From positions 276,947 through 340,946 of the forward strand of contig CBDHDG010000003.1 in the NCBI GenBank assembly GCA_965261595.1: a DNA stretch of 64,000 nt, written 5' to 3'. Shown in pieces: positions 10,418 through 20,623 of the stretch; position 1 is the first letter of the stretch, and every line of letters starts with the position of its first letter. This DNA comes from a bacterium. GTDB taxonomy: Bacteria; UBA8248; JACPRG01; G963555815. The position numbers and the translations under genes were made by a program. Below the pieces are notes generated by a model, which saw only the letters and a list, made by a program, of their open reading frames with translations, searched no databases and was not told the origin of the DNA.

Positions 10418-10993
10418 TTGGCCTCTCGAAAGCGACAGCGCAGGGAATTCGAGGAATCGGCCCTCGTTCACCTGGACACCATCTACCGGGCCGCGCTGCG
10501 GTTGGCCCGGGATCCGGCCGACGCCCGGGACCTATCCCAGGAAGTGTTCCTGCGCGCCTACCGCTCCTTCCACCAATACGAGCGTGGAACAAACTGCCGG
10601 GCCTGGCTGTTCAAGATCCTGAAGAACGCGTTCATCAATCGGGAGCGCTCGATGACCCACAGCCGGGCCAATGTCTCGATTGATGACCCGGAGACGGGCG
10701 GAGAATCCTGGTTGGAGGAAGCTTCCAAGGAGGCGGGGGGAGGCCCGGAGGACCGCCTGCTCAGCAAGGTGACGGGAGAGCGGATCAAGGAGGCGGTGGA
10801 AAGGCTTCCGGCGAGCTTCCGGCGTATCTTTATCCTGTCCGAAGTGGAGGGGTTCACGTATAAGGAGATCGCGCGGATTGAGGACTGTCCGCTGGGGACG
10901 GTCATGTCCCGCCTGTTCCGCGCCAGACGGGTCTTGCAAGACGCTTTACGGGAGTATGCGGAAGAACGGGATGTCCAGGTCGAGGAATCCTGA
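10418..10993 (+). CDS. ECF sigma-70 factor
   Basis: Region 2 DARDLSQEVFLRAYRS..NCRAWLFKILKN and region 4 FTYKEIARIEDCPLGTVMSRLFRAR. Confidence 0.92.
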   Translation: MASRKRQRREFEESALVHLDTIYRAALRLARDPADARDLSQEVFLRAYRSFHQYERGTNCRAWLFKILKNAFINRERSMTHSRANVSIDDPETGGESWLEEASKEAGGGPEDRLLSKVTGERIKEAVERLPASFRRIFILSEVEGFTYKEIARIEDCPLGTVMSRLFRARRVLQDALREYAEERDVQVEES

Positions 10994-11103
10994 GGGGGGG
11001 GGGAGGCCGACGGCGTTGCCGCGACGTTCGGCGCAGCCCATCGGGTGTGAAAACCGGAGGCGTGGACCGGCCGGAGGAATTCAGTCCGTTGAGGAAGTCT
11101 GAG

Positions 11104-12534
11104 ATGAGGCGACACATGGTTTGGGGACGCTCTTTACACGGGGTGTTCACGAGGGTTTATTTGTTTGTCTGGATTGCGCTGTTCTCGGTGGCGACGGGCG
11201 TTTCCCCCGCCGGAGGCCAAAGTCCGGGGTTCCGGCAGGCAAGGACGCTTGAGGAGACCTTCATCCGGATCGCCGAGTCCGTAACGCCGGGGGTCGTCTT
11301 CATACGGACCGTCGGGACCCGAGAGGCGCGCGGCGCGGGGAACCGGAAGAAAGAAGGCTCGGCGCCGCCTCGGGGGATCATTCCGCGTAGAAGTTTCGGC
11401 TCCGGATTTATTTTCGACGAGGAAGGACACATCCTCACGAACCAGCACGTCCTGGAAGGGGCCAAGCGGATTACGGTGGTCCTTTCCGATCGGAGCGAGC
11501 ACCCGGCCGAGTTGGTCGGGACGGACAAGAGGACCGACCTCGCGGTGATTCGGACACTCGCGAAGAATCGTCCGGCGAGCGTCCCCCTCGGCGATTCGGA
11601 CCGGCTGCGCACCGGGCAATGGGTGATGGCGATCGGTCATCCCTACGGCTTGCGGCGGACCGTCACGGTGGGCGTGGTCAGCGGGATCGGCAGGACCGGC
11701 ATGGGCATCGCCCACTACGAGAACTTCATCCAGACGGACGCCTCCATCCACCCGGGAAACAGCGGCGGCCCCCTGGTCAATTTGAAAGGCGAGGTGATCG
11801 GCGTCAATACGGCCATCATCCCCCGGTCGAACGGCGGAATCGCCTTCGCCATCCCCATCAACATGGCCAAGTGGGTTGCGCGATCCCTCATCCAAAATGG
11901 GGTCGTCGAGCGTGGATTGCTCGGGCTGATGATCCAGCCGCTCTCATCGGATCTGGCCGCCAAGTTCGGACTCGGCCGGCCGGTCGGGGCGCTCGTCTCC
12001 GATCTCATGAAGGACGGCGCGGCGGCCAAGGCGGGGATCCAGCGGGGGGATATCGTGTTGGGGTTCAACGGCCGTCCGGTCCGGGATGTCCCGGCGCTCC
12101 AGCGATACGCCGCCGCGTCGCCGCCGGGCGCGCTTGTGAAGGTGAGCATTCAACGCAACGGAAGACGCATCCGGGTCCCCCTCATCATGGGGGCGCTGCA
12201 AACCGCGCGGGCGGCGCCCAAGCCCGAGCCTCCGCCGGAAAAATCCTCGTACGGCTTGAAGGTGGGCGCGCTGACCCGGGGGATGACCAAGGTGCTCGGC
12301 ATGCGCGGCGTGCGGGGCGGGGTTCAGGTCATGGCGGTTCGTGCGAACAGCCGCGCGTCCTTTGACGGGTTTCAGGTGGGTGATGTCATCAAAGAAGTCG
12401 AGGGCCGGCCCGTGCGGGACGAGGCGTCGTACCGAAAGGCCCTCCGGAAGGCCCAGAAGAACGTCCTTGCGCTCATTTACCGGACAGGGCGGAGTCTGTT
12501 CCGGGTTCTTCACGATCCGCACGATCGGCGCTGA
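11104..12534 (+). CDS. HtrA/DegP/DegQ family serine protease with two PDZ domains
   Basis: GSGFI, TNQHV, TDLAVI, IQTDASIHPGNSGGPL; N-terminal signal/TM segment and PDZ-like C-terminal part. Start approximate. Confidence 0.92.
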   Translation: MRRHMVWGRSLHGVFTRVYLFVWIALFSVATGVSPAGGQSPGFRQARTLEETFIRIAESVTPGVVFIRTVGTREARGAGNRKKEGSAPPRGIIPRRSFGSGFIFDEEGHILTNQHVLEGAKRITVVLSDRSEHPAELVGTDKRTDLAVIRTLAKNRPASVPLGDSDRLRTGQWVMAIGHPYGLRRTVTVGVVSGIGRTGMGIAHYENFIQTDASIHPGNSGGPLVNLKGEVIGVNTAIIPRSNGGIAFAIPINMAKWVARSLIQNGVVERGLLGLMIQPLSSDLAAKFGLGRPVGALVSDLMKDGAAAKAGIQRGDIVLGFNGRPVRDVPALQRYAAASPPGALVKVSIQRNGRRIRVPLIMGALQTARAAPKPEPPPEKSSYGLKVGALTRGMTKVLGMRGVRGGVQVMAVRANSRASFDGFQVGDVIKEVEGRPVRDEASYRKALRKAQKNVLALIYRTGRSLFRVLHDPHDRR

Positions 12535-12560
12535 TCGGCCCCTTTTCCCCAGGAGGCGTT

Positions 12561-13340
12561 TTGCACCCGGCCCTGTTCGAGCTCGGTCCGATTGTGGTTC
12601 GATATTACGGCCTGATGTACGTGGTCGCCCTGTTGGTCGGCGTTTGGCTCATCCGCAAGGAATCCGATCGACTCGGCCTCGGGCTGTCGAAGGACGAAGT
12701 CGCCAATTACTGCTTGTACGGTCTGATCGCGGGGATCGTGGGCGGGCGGGTTTACTACGTCATCTTCAACTGGTCTTATTACGGCCAATACCCCTTGCAG
12801 ATCCCCGCCATCTGGAACGGCGGACTGGCGATCCACGGCGGGGTGATCGCGGGGGTTCTTTACACCCTGTGGCACTCGCGCCGGCGGGCGATTCCGATCT
12901 GGCGGCTGGGCGACGCCGTTGCGCCCGCCTTGGTCCTGGGGCAGGCTTTCGGGCGGTTCGGAAACTTCATGAACGGCGACGCCCACGGCGTGCCCACGGC
13001 GCTCCCCTGGGGGATCGTATTCCCGGCGGCGAGCATCGCGGGCCGGCAATTCCCGGGACAGCCCCTGCACCCCGCCATGCTGTACGAGCTTCTCCTGAAC
13101 CTGTGCTGGTTCGCCGTCCTTTGGGGCGTCCGAAAGCGCCCGCACAGGGACGGGATGGTCTTCGCCCTCTATGTCATCCTCTACTCGGCCGGCCGGTTCG
13201 TCGTCAGCGCGTTCCGGGCCGACAGCCTGATGATCGGAGATCTCCGGACCGCGCAGGTGATCAGTGTTTTGCTCATCGCCGTCGGGGCGGCCTGGATCGT
13301 GCGCGGCCGCCTGTGGTCGGTGCCGGGGGATCACGCCTGA
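12561..13340 (+). CDS. lgt: prolipoprotein diacylglyceryl transferase
   Basis: RYYGLMY, GGRVYYV, GGLAIHGG, GQAFGRFGNFMNGD and HPAMLYE. Confidence 0.95.
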   Translation: MHPALFELGPIVVRYYGLMYVVALLVGVWLIRKESDRLGLGLSKDEVANYCLYGLIAGIVGGRVYYVIFNWSYYGQYPLQIPAIWNGGLAIHGGVIAGVLYTLWHSRRRAIPIWRLGDAVAPALVLGQAFGRFGNFMNGDAHGVPTALPWGIVFPAASIAGRQFPGQPLHPAMLYELLLNLCWFAVLWGVRKRPHRDGMVFALYVILYSAGRFVVSAFRADSLMIGDLRTAQVISVLLIAVGAAWIVRGRLWSVPGDHA

Positions 13341-13354
13341 ATGAAGAACGCGCG

Positions 13355-14215
13355 TTGGAGGACAGCTTGGCCGGGCGCTTCCCGGGGGCCGGGCGCTTCC
13401 CGGAGGCCGGGCGGTTGAGGCTTGACGACAAGGTGGCGCTGGTGACGGGGGGCGGCAGGGGGATCGGTCTGGGGATTTCCCGATGCCTCGCGGAGGAGGG
13501 CGCCTCGGTCGCGGTCGTCGATGTGGACGGGGCGGCCACCCGGGAGGCCGTCGCATCATTGCAGGGAATGGCCGGAGATCCCCTCGCCCTGGAGATGGAT
13601 GTTCGGGACGAGGCGTCCATCGAGCGTGGGGTCCGCGAGACGCTGGAGCGGTACGGCCGGATCGACATCCTGGTCAACAACGCTGGCGTCCTGGGCGGGA
13701 TGGTCTTGGGCGCGCCGCTGACCGACCTCTCCATCGAGCATTGGGACCGGGCGTATGAGGTGAACGTCCGGGGGACGTTTCTGGTCTGCCGTGAAGTGGC
13801 CCCGCACATGACGGAGCGGCGGCAGGGAAAGATCCTGAATATCGCGTCCCGGGCGGGACGGGACGGCCGGGAGACGCTTCCCCACTACGGGAGCGCCAAG
13901 GCGGCGGTCATCAACTTCACGATGGCCCTGGCCAAGGAGCTGGCGCCCGCCTTCGTCAACGTCAACGCCGTCTGTCCCGGTCTGGTCTGGACACCCATGT
14001 GGGATGAGCTGGGCAGGCTTTACGCCGCGAAGTTTTCCGAATTCGCCGGGTTTTCTCCCCGGCAGGTCTTCGATGAGTTCGTCGCCCGGCAGCCGCTCAA
14101 ACGGGAGCAGACCCCCGAGGACATCGGCCGGGCCGCTGTTTTTCTGGTCTCGGAAGAAGCGAGGAATATCACGGGACAGGCGTTGCTGGTGGATGGCGGG
14201 TCTGTGATGTTTTAA
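13355..14215 (+). CDS. SDR family NAD(P)-dependent oxidoreductase
   Basis: TGGGRGIG, LVNNAG, YGSAK, NAVCPG and ITGQALLVDGG. Start uncertain. Confidence 0.92.
   Translation: MEDSLAGRFPGAGRFPEAGRLRLDDKVALVTGGGRGIGLGISRCLAEEGASVAVVDVDGAATREAVASLQGMAGDPLALEMDVRDEASIERGVRETLERYGRIDILVNNAGVLGGMVLGAPLTDLSIEHWDRAYEVNVRGTFLVCREVAPHMTERRQGKILNIASRAGRDGRETLPHYGSAKAAVINFTMALAKELAPAFVNVNAVCPGLVWTPMWDELGRLYAAKFSEFAGFSPRQVFDEFVARQPLKREQTPEDIGRAAVFLVSEEARNITGQALLVDGGSVMF
13369..13415 (+). repeat. short 18-bp tandem repeat (~2.5 copies)
   Basis: GGCCGGGCGCTTCCCGGG / GGCCGGGCGCTTCCCGGA / GGCCGGGCG, read as AGRFPG-AGRFPE-AGRL at the SDR N-terminus. Confidence 0.6.
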
Positions 14216-14271
14216 TCTTCTTTACGATGTGGACTTACCCCGGTTTCGTGGAGAGTTAAGCACTTGGGTTT

Positions 14272-15123
14272 TCAGGGTGTGCGTTGTTGTCTCCTTTCGT
14301 AGTTAACGGGTGACAGGTTGTCGATGGAGGAGTGCCGACGATGCGGGTTGTAGAAGCCCTCGATGAACCCGAACACCTCCATGCGCGCCTCGGCCCGGGT
14401 GCGGAAACTGTGGCGAGCGAGGAGCTCGCACTCCAGCGTGGCGAAAAAGCTCTCACACAGCGCGTTGTCGTAGCAGTCCCCGACCGAACCCATGGAGGGA
14501 CGCCCGCCCGCCTGCCGGCAGCGCTGCCCAAAGGCGACCGAGGTGTACTGCGTGCTGCCCTGGTCGGAGTGGTGGATGACGGCCCGGGGACGGCGCTTAT
14601 ACAGCGCCATGTCGAGCGCGTCGAGCACCAACTCGGCCCGCAGGTGTGTGGCCATCGACCACCCCACGATGCGCCGGCTGAACGCATCGAGCGCCACGGC
14701 CAGATACAAAAACCCCGCCCATGTCGGAACGTAGGTGATGTCGGCCACCCACAGCCGGTCGGGGGCCTCGGCCGTGAAGTTGCGGTCCACCAGATCAGGG
14801 GCCGGCCGCGCCTCCTGCCGGCGCTGCGTCGTGCGCGCTCCCTTGCGCCGACTGACGCCCGCAAGTCCCGCCCCACGCATCAGCCTGGCGACGCGCTTGC
14901 GGCCCACACGCACTCCCTCAGCCTCCAACTCGGCATGGACGCGCGGCACGCCGTAAGTCCCCCGAGAACGCTCGTGGATCGCCTGAATGCGTTTGGTGAG
15001 CGCCCGATCGGCACACGAGCGGGCACACGGCGCGCGCCTGCGCCACGCGTAGTAGCCGCTGGAGGAGACGCCCAGCACCCGGCACATGGTGGCGGTCCGA
15101 TACATGGCCTGGTTCGCCCTCAC
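14272..15123 (-). CDS. IS3-family transposase OrfB (DDE)
   Basis: YGVPRV, WVADITY, HHSDQG, DNALCESFFATLECE and YNPHRRHS. Confidence 0.93.
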   Translation of the reverse strand: MRANQAMYRTATMCRVLGVSSSGYYAWRRRAPCARSCADRALTKRIQAIHERSRGTYGVPRVHAELEAEGVRVGRKRVARLMRGAGLAGVSRRKGARTTQRRQEARPAPDLVDRNFTAEAPDRLWVADITYVPTWAGFLYLAVALDAFSRRIVGWSMATHLRAELVLDALDMALYKRRPRAVIHHSDQGSTQYTSVAFGQRCRQAGGRPSMGSVGDCYDNALCESFFATLECELLARHSFRTRAEARMEVFGFIEGFYNPHRRHSSIDNLSPVNYERRQQRTP

Positions 15124-15434
15124 GAACCCGTAGATCCGGACGGGATCGAATCGGTATCCCGAGCAAACCAGGCCGCGGCTTTTGCTAAGATCTCCCGCTC
15201 CTGGCGGAGCTGTCGGTTCTCGCGGCGAAGTCGGCGCAACTCCTCCCGCTCATCGCTCGTGAGCCCGTCTTTGCGACGCCCCTCGTCAACGTCGGCTTGA
15301 TGGGCCCAGGTGCGGATCGTCTGCGCCGAGGGCTCGAACTCGTGCGCCAGCGCCTCGGGCGTGCGTCCCGCCCGGACCAACTCTACCATCTGGCAGCGGA
15401 ACTCCATTGGATAGCGTGGGTGAGTCTGTGGCAT
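15120..15434 (-). CDS. IS3-family transposase OrfA (HTH)
   Basis: MPQTHPRYPMEFR.QMVELVRAG..., LRRLRRENRQLRQEREIL.KA. Confidence 0.9.
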   Translation of the reverse strand: MPQTHPRYPMEFRCQMVELVRAGRTPEALAHEFEPSAQTIRTWAHQADVDEGRRKDGLTSDEREELRRLRRENRQLRQEREILAKAAAWFARDTDSIPSGSTGS

Positions 15435-15629
15435 CGTGAACACCTCCTTTACCCCCAAATCATCAGGTGTCCACCAAACCGGGTCAACTCCATAGGAGTC
15501 CGCCATTGAAAACGATGCCACCACGAGGTGTAAAAGAGCTTCACCAACAGGTTTAAACTGCTTTCCCCCGCTCTAGGGTTTTGTTGGACACTCGATTGAT
15601 CCATGATTCATGGAGAAAGGGGTGTCGCG

Positions 15630-16016
15630 ATGAACGAACAAAAGCAAGAGGGGGCTTTGGCGGAGGGCGCCCGTAGGGCGAACGGAGCCAAGGCCCCAGG
15701 GCATCGCAGTGAGCGGGGTCGGTTCTCCTGCCAGCGCAAGCGGGAGGCGGTCCTGCGTCTTTTGCGGGGCGAGAGCCTGGAGACGCTCTGCCGCGAGTTG
15801 GGCACGACAGCGGCTCGGCTTTCCGCCTGGCGCGAGGCGTTCCTTCGCGGGGGCGAGGCGGCGCTCAAAGCCCGCCCGGCGGATGAGCGGGCCGAGGAGA
15901 ACGCCCGGCTCAAGGCCAAGGTGGGCGAACTCACGATGGAGGGCGAGGTCCTGCGGGAGAAGATCGACCGCCTGGAGGCCGGCCGCCCTTTAGCCGGCAG
16001 GAGGTGGAGGCGATGA
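15630..16016 (+). CDS. transposase OrfA (HTH + leucine zipper)
   Basis: RKREAVLRLLRGES...LSAWR..F, LKAKVGELTME.E.L. Confidence 0.85.
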   Translation: MNEQKQEGALAEGARRANGAKAPGHRSERGRFSCQRKREAVLRLLRGESLETLCRELGTTAARLSAWREAFLRGGEAALKARPADERAEENARLKAKVGELTMEGEVLREKIDRLEAGRPLAGRRWRR

Positions 16017-16921
16017 GTCAGGCCCGCTTCACCTCCACGGGCAGAGCCTACGGCCTGAAGCGGGTGTGCGCCCTTTGGGGCTTGGCGCGCTCCACGGTCT
16101 ACGCGCAACGGCGGCGAGAGGCGGTCCCCGTTCATGAACGCCCCACGCCCAATAAGCGCGGCCCTGTGGGCCCGTGCACCGATGCGGAACTCCTCGGCCA
16201 CATCCGGCAGGTCCTGGAGGACTCTCCCTTCCATGGCGAGGGCTACCGCAAGGTGTGGGCGAGGCTGCGCTTCGCGGGCATCCGCACCAGCAAGGAGCGG
16301 GTGCGTCGCCTGATGCGGGAGGCGGGGCTTCAGGCCCCCCACCGGGTGGGCAAACCCCGAGGTTCCAAGGCCCACAACGGGACCATCCGCACCGAGCGGC
16401 CCGACCGAATGTGGGGCACGGACATGACGACGACGGTGACCACCGAGGAGGGGATGGCCTCGGTGTTCGTGGCGGTGGATCACTGCTCGGTGGACTGCGT
16501 GGGGATCCATGCGGCCAAGAGCGGCAACCGCTTCGAGGCCCTGGAGCCGATCCGGCAGGGGGTCGCCGAGCGCTTCGCCGGCTTGGAGGCGGACGTCGCC
16601 GAGGGGCTTAAAGTTCGTCACGACCACGGCCCCGCCTATCTGTCCGATGACTTTCAGCGGGAGATCGCCTACCTGGGCATGACCAGTTCGCCCAGCTTCG
16701 TGCGGGCGCCCGAGGGAAATGGCTACTGTGAGTGGTTCATCCGCATCTTGAAGGAGAATCTCCTGTGGGTGCGCTCTTTCGCCACCGTAGAGGAACTGCG
16801 GTGGGCGCTGCTTGAGTTCAAGAACCTGTACAACCATCATTGGATTCTCGAGGGCTACGGCTACCGAACGCCGGCCCAGGCAAGGCAGGAAAAACTCGCT
16901 CAAGTTGCGGAGGCCGCATGA
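16013..16921 (+). CDS. transposase OrfB (integrase core)
   Basis: GYRKVWARLR, WGTDMT, HDHGPAY, PEGNG..E.F..LKE and YN. Confidence 0.9.
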   Translation: MSQARFTSTGRAYGLKRVCALWGLARSTVYAQRRREAVPVHERPTPNKRGPVGPCTDAELLGHIRQVLEDSPFHGEGYRKVWARLRFAGIRTSKERVRRLMREAGLQAPHRVGKPRGSKAHNGTIRTERPDRMWGTDMTTTVTTEEGMASVFVAVDHCSVDCVGIHAAKSGNRFEALEPIRQGVAERFAGLEADVAEGLKVRHDHGPAYLSDDFQREIAYLGMTSSPSFVRAPEGNGYCEWFIRILKENLLWVRSFATVEELRWALLEFKNLYNHHWILEGYGYRTPAQARQEKLAQVAEAA

Positions 16922-17270
16922 GGTCGAATACCCTCACCCGAGTGTCCAATAACCCAGGGGCGGTCCAGTCAGAGTGTCATATTTGACATCGGTGACAATG
17001 AATGCAGGGTCACCTTAATGGCGATTGACGACGGTCGCAAGGAAGCATCCTTTAATTTCCAGTGCCGAGATGGCCACAATAGTTGAAAACAACGAGACGA
17101 CTCACGATAGTAGGAGTGGCGGGCCTGGTCCTGGCGGTGGGCCGGGCCGGTGGGTGCGCACAGCGGCGGAATGAATACGGCGGGTCATTATAGAAAGACA
17201 CCGGACGCCAGTTAATTTCGCATGGGGGCGTAGACAATTGACTGTCAGTTAACGAGACAAGGAGTGACGG

Positions 17271-18134
17271 GTGCTTCGGTTCGACAAAAACTGGCGATTT
17301 GAGAGTCCGGGTCCGATAGCCCCGGCAGTAGCCGGCAAATTTCAAGATTTAATTTACCGGATTTGCAGTCAAGGTCGCCAAAAAACCGTGCTCGAATATT
17401 TCAAGGCGAATTTTGGGATGGCGACGGGCGTACCACACTACCCGAGCAGTGACGTAGGATGGGCGCACACCGATCTATTGAATATCATGAACAGCGTAGA
17501 GAAAAATGCCCCACTTTTTATAGAGGCGTTCTACAACGCCTGCGAGGGACTACGAGAGGACTACCCTGAACTAGCGATACCGACCATTACTCAGATTAAC
17601 CGTATCCTGAGCGAATCGGATGCGGGCTTTCAGGTTGATCCGCCGAACCTGATCGCGACAACCGCGCATACCCTGGTTGTCGTACCGGATCAAGCACCTT
17701 CGCTTGATGCTCAAGCGAAAGGAATGATCGAAAAGAGCCTACAGGATGCGGAGCGTGAACTCCGGGTGGGACACGGTCGCCAAGCCGTGCAAGAGCTTCT
17801 ATGGCTCTTAGAGACAATCACGACAGCTTTTCGGAACCCGGAGATTCTAGAAGGCAGCGTACAAGACCGATATTTCAACGAGATCATCCGTCGGCTGCGC
17901 CGCGAACATCGTCATCATGACCAGATTTTTCGCTGGATGCTGAGCCTGCACGGCTATCTCTCGTCGCCGACCGGTGGGGGAATCCGTCACGGCGTGGATG
18001 TGAAAGAAGGACTTCCGATCACACTAAATGATGCACGACTTTTTTGTAACTTGATTCGAAGCTACGTAACGTTTCTGATCTTCGAACACGATGACTTTAG
18101 CCGACAACCACCATCTGACGAGTTAACTGACTGA
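17271..18134 (+). CDS. hypothetical protein, C-terminus resembling AbiJ-type HEPN
   Basis: 287-aa ORF with lower GC than flanks. C-terminal LHGYLSSPTGGGIRHG...DARLFCNLIRSYVTFL resembles AbiJ-related HEPN tails; motif-level only. Confidence 0.55.
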   Translation: MLRFDKNWRFESPGPIAPAVAGKFQDLIYRICSQGRQKTVLEYFKANFGMATGVPHYPSSDVGWAHTDLLNIMNSVEKNAPLFIEAFYNACEGLREDYPELAIPTITQINRILSESDAGFQVDPPNLIATTAHTLVVVPDQAPSLDAQAKGMIEKSLQDAERELRVGHGRQAVQELLWLLETITTAFRNPEILEGSVQDRYFNEIIRRLRREHRHHDQIFRWMLSLHGYLSSPTGGGIRHGVDVKEGLPITLNDARLFCNLIRSYVTFLIFEHDDFSRQPPSDELTD

Positions 18135-18159
18135 CTGTCTCGATACGAGGACCGCCACA

Positions 18160-18288
18160 ATGCTGTATCTGATCAGCTATGACGTACTCGACGGGGCATT
18201 AGAGTCGGAGCGCACCCTGAACTACAGACAGCTCCGCAGGAAACTTACCGACTTGGGCGTCTTCGACTCCGTCTGGATGGGTATCTAG
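18160..18288 (+). pseudogene. Cas2/VapD-like small protein remnant (42 aa)
   Basis: Not in the ORF track. MLYLISYDVLDGALESERTLNYRQLRRKLTDLGVFDSVWMGI*, preceded by GAGG. Confidence 0.4.
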
Positions 18289-18356
18289 ATGCGGCACCTT
18301 CACGGAGAGAATCGCGAGAGGCTTACTCGCAACAACAAACGAAATCCACCGGAAAC

Positions 18357-18557
18357 GTGCTTGATTACACATCACGCGCCCAGACTCCCAAACGCGGGGA
18401 GATCGTCGTATTTCGGAACGTGAACGGCTTTTACGCCGCAGTGCACGTGCTTGATATCAAGGATGACAGCCGAAGTCACGACCGGGACGGACTCCGATTC
18501 CGATACGCCGTTCAGTCAAATGGATCTGACGGCTTCGCCGAGTTCAAGGATGTGTGA
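18357..18557 (+). pseudogene. C-terminal gene fragment (DYTSR..P..GEIVVFRN.NGFYAA domain)
   Basis: Protein-like 66-aa tail with no convincing start. Confidence 0.45.
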
Positions 18558-18617
18558 GGTTCCGACCCTTATTCTCAATCGCACTTGGTCGTCCCCGAAC
18601 TGGGATGAGATGAATTA

Positions 18618-20131
18618 ATGGATACATCACAAATTGGCAAACGGGCGTGGAGCTATGCGGGCGTCTTGCGAGACGCGGGACTTTCCTGCTTCGAATACGT
18701 GGAGCAACTGACCCTGCTGCTGTTCCTCAAGATGGCGGATCAGCTAACAAAGCCTCCCTACGAACGAAAACCCATCGTGCCGCCGGAACTTGGCTGGAAG
18801 GCTCTCCTGCCACTTGATGGGTCAGCGTTGGAAGACCAATACCGCGCCAGCCTCGAAAAGCTCGGGTTCGAGCCCGGTATGCTCGGTGTCATCTTCAAGG
18901 AGGCGCGTTGCGAGATCCAAAAATCCGGCGCTATTGAAACAACTCATCGTCAACCTCCTCGATCAGGTGGACTGGCTCTCGCTCCCTGTGGACGTGAAGG
19001 GCACCATCTATGAGGAACTCCTGGCCCGCTTGGTGCGGGAATCCGCACGCGGCGCGGGCCAGTATTTCACCCCGCGACCGGTGATCCAGGCAATGTGCGA
19101 GGCTACACAGCCGACGCCGGACGACCGCATCTGCGATCCGGCTGCGGGCACCGGCGTTTTTTTTGCAACGCCTATCAGTATGTACTCGATCGCGACGGCG
19201 AAAACCTCGACAGCGACAAAAAGCGCGCGTTGCAGGAGAATTTGGTCGAAGGCATGGAGCTTTCGCCGAAGGTCGGCCGCATGTGCGCAATGAACGTTTA
19301 TCTGCACAACATCGGCGGCGACAAGGTAGTCGTCCATTCCGGACACGACAGCCTTTCCACGCCCTGGAATCGCGAATACTCGATGGTTCTCACCAATCCC
19401 CCGTTCGGCAAGAAGCAGAGCCTCCTGTTCGTCAATGAGGAGGGAGAGACCGAGAAGGATGACCAGATCATCGTCCGCGAGGACTTCTGGACCTCGACCA
19501 GCAACAAGCAGCTCAACTTCGTCCAGCACATCTACACGCTGCTGAAGATTGACGGCCGTGCGGCCGTCGTGGTGCCGGACAATGTGTTGTTCGAAGGGGG
19601 CGCGGGTGAGAAGGTCCGCCGCAACCTGTTGGAGAAATGCCGCGTCCACACCCTGCTGCGGCTGCCGACGGGTATCTGGTACTCGCCGGGTGTCAAGGCC
19701 AACGTGATCTTCTTCGAAAAAAGGAAGGCCGATCCGAAGCGTGGACCGACTGGCTTTGGGTCTACGATCTGCGCACCAACATGCACTTCACGCTCAAGCA
19801 GAAGCCGATTCGTCGCGAGGACTTCGACGAGTTTGTCGAGTGCTACAAACCCGGTCGGATGCACGAGCGCGAGGCTACGTGGAGCGAGGACAATCCCGAG
19901 GGCCGCTGGCGGTCTTATGACTACGACGACCTGTTGAAGCGCGACCTTTTCTGGATCAAGGACAAGAGCCTGGCCGGACCGACACGGACTCGTTGCCCCC
20001 GCCCGACATCATCGCCGCCGAGATCGCCGACGATCTCGAAGCTGCGCTGGAACAGTTCACCAAGATCGCAGCGCGTCTTGGGCAGAGGGACACCACGAAC
20101 GGGTGATTTGGAGCCTCCCGGCCACTCCTGA
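18618..20131 (+). pseudogene. hsdM: type I R-M methyltransferase HsdM, multiply frameshifted
   Basis: YVEQLTLLLFLKMA, KGTIYEELL, GAGQYFTPR, DPAAGTG, TNPPFG, VVPDNVLF, LRLPTGI and YDLRTNMHFTLK are spread over at least four ORFs. No hsdS/hsdR adjacent. Confidence 0.9.
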
Positions 20132-20281
20132 GGATGTGCTTGGCAGTATGGCGATGAGGTTTGATTCCGTTCTCACAATCAGCAATCGACAGGCCTCGAC
20201 CTCTGTCACGTGCTCGGCGGTCACGAGACGGTCTGGTCGTACAGCATTCGGTGGGCTGCAATCCCGCAATAGGCTGCTGAC

Positions 20282-20425
20282 ATGAGTCATAATTTTAGGT
20301 CCCTGCGCCAGTGGCGCGGGTCGCAAGATCAGGCGTTCGAAGAGTTGTGCTACCAGTTCCGCGATCCAACACCCGAAGGCGCGGCCTTGGTTAAAACCGG
20401 AAGCCCGGACGGGTCGCTGGAATTC
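20282..20425 (+). pseudogene. N-terminal fragment of a restriction-endonuclease-like domain
   Basis: MSHNFRSLRQWRGSQDQAFEELCYQ...GSPDGSLE resembles the FEELC..PDGG.E N-termini of nuclease-STAND NTPases; sequence stops looking homologous after ~48 aa. Confidence 0.45.
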
Positions 20426-20623
20426 TTGGTCGAGGCGCTGGCCGATCGGTCACTGCCAGTTCTTTGCAAGCAGTATCTAAAAACTCCGTATATGCCTGCC
20501 TTCTCCCAAACTGCTTGCCGATCGAAGCTACCATCGAAGATCTCGCCCTGGACGCTCGCACGTTCATGTTCGTTTCGTGTCTTCATTATGGTAACATATT
20601 GAGAGTCAAACTCGCTGTGGCCT

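Larger units (their letters stand above)
14230..15492 (-). mobile_element. IS3-family insertion sequence
   Basis: Imperfect terminal IRs TGGACTTACCCCGGTTTCGTGGA (14230) and TGGAGTTGACCCGGTTTGGTGGA (reverse complement ending 15492), with overlapping orfA/orfB. No TSD seen. Confidence 0.93.
15564..16967 (+). mobile_element. IS3-like two-ORF IS, copy 1 (1404 bp)
   Basis: Ends TCCCCCGCTCTAGGGTTTTGTTGGACACTCG and CGAGTGTCCAATAACCCAGGGGCGGTCCA. A near-identical inverted copy lies at 44277-45680. Confidence 0.92.

Noticed and set aside
12341..13354. long N-terminal extension on the SDR (624-aa ORF)
   Set aside because: Off-frame overlap of lgt and htrA; not a fusion.
15608..16903. 431-aa antisense ORF conserved in both IS copies
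   Set aside because: Conservation is trivial because the copies are nearly identical; shadow of the transposase.
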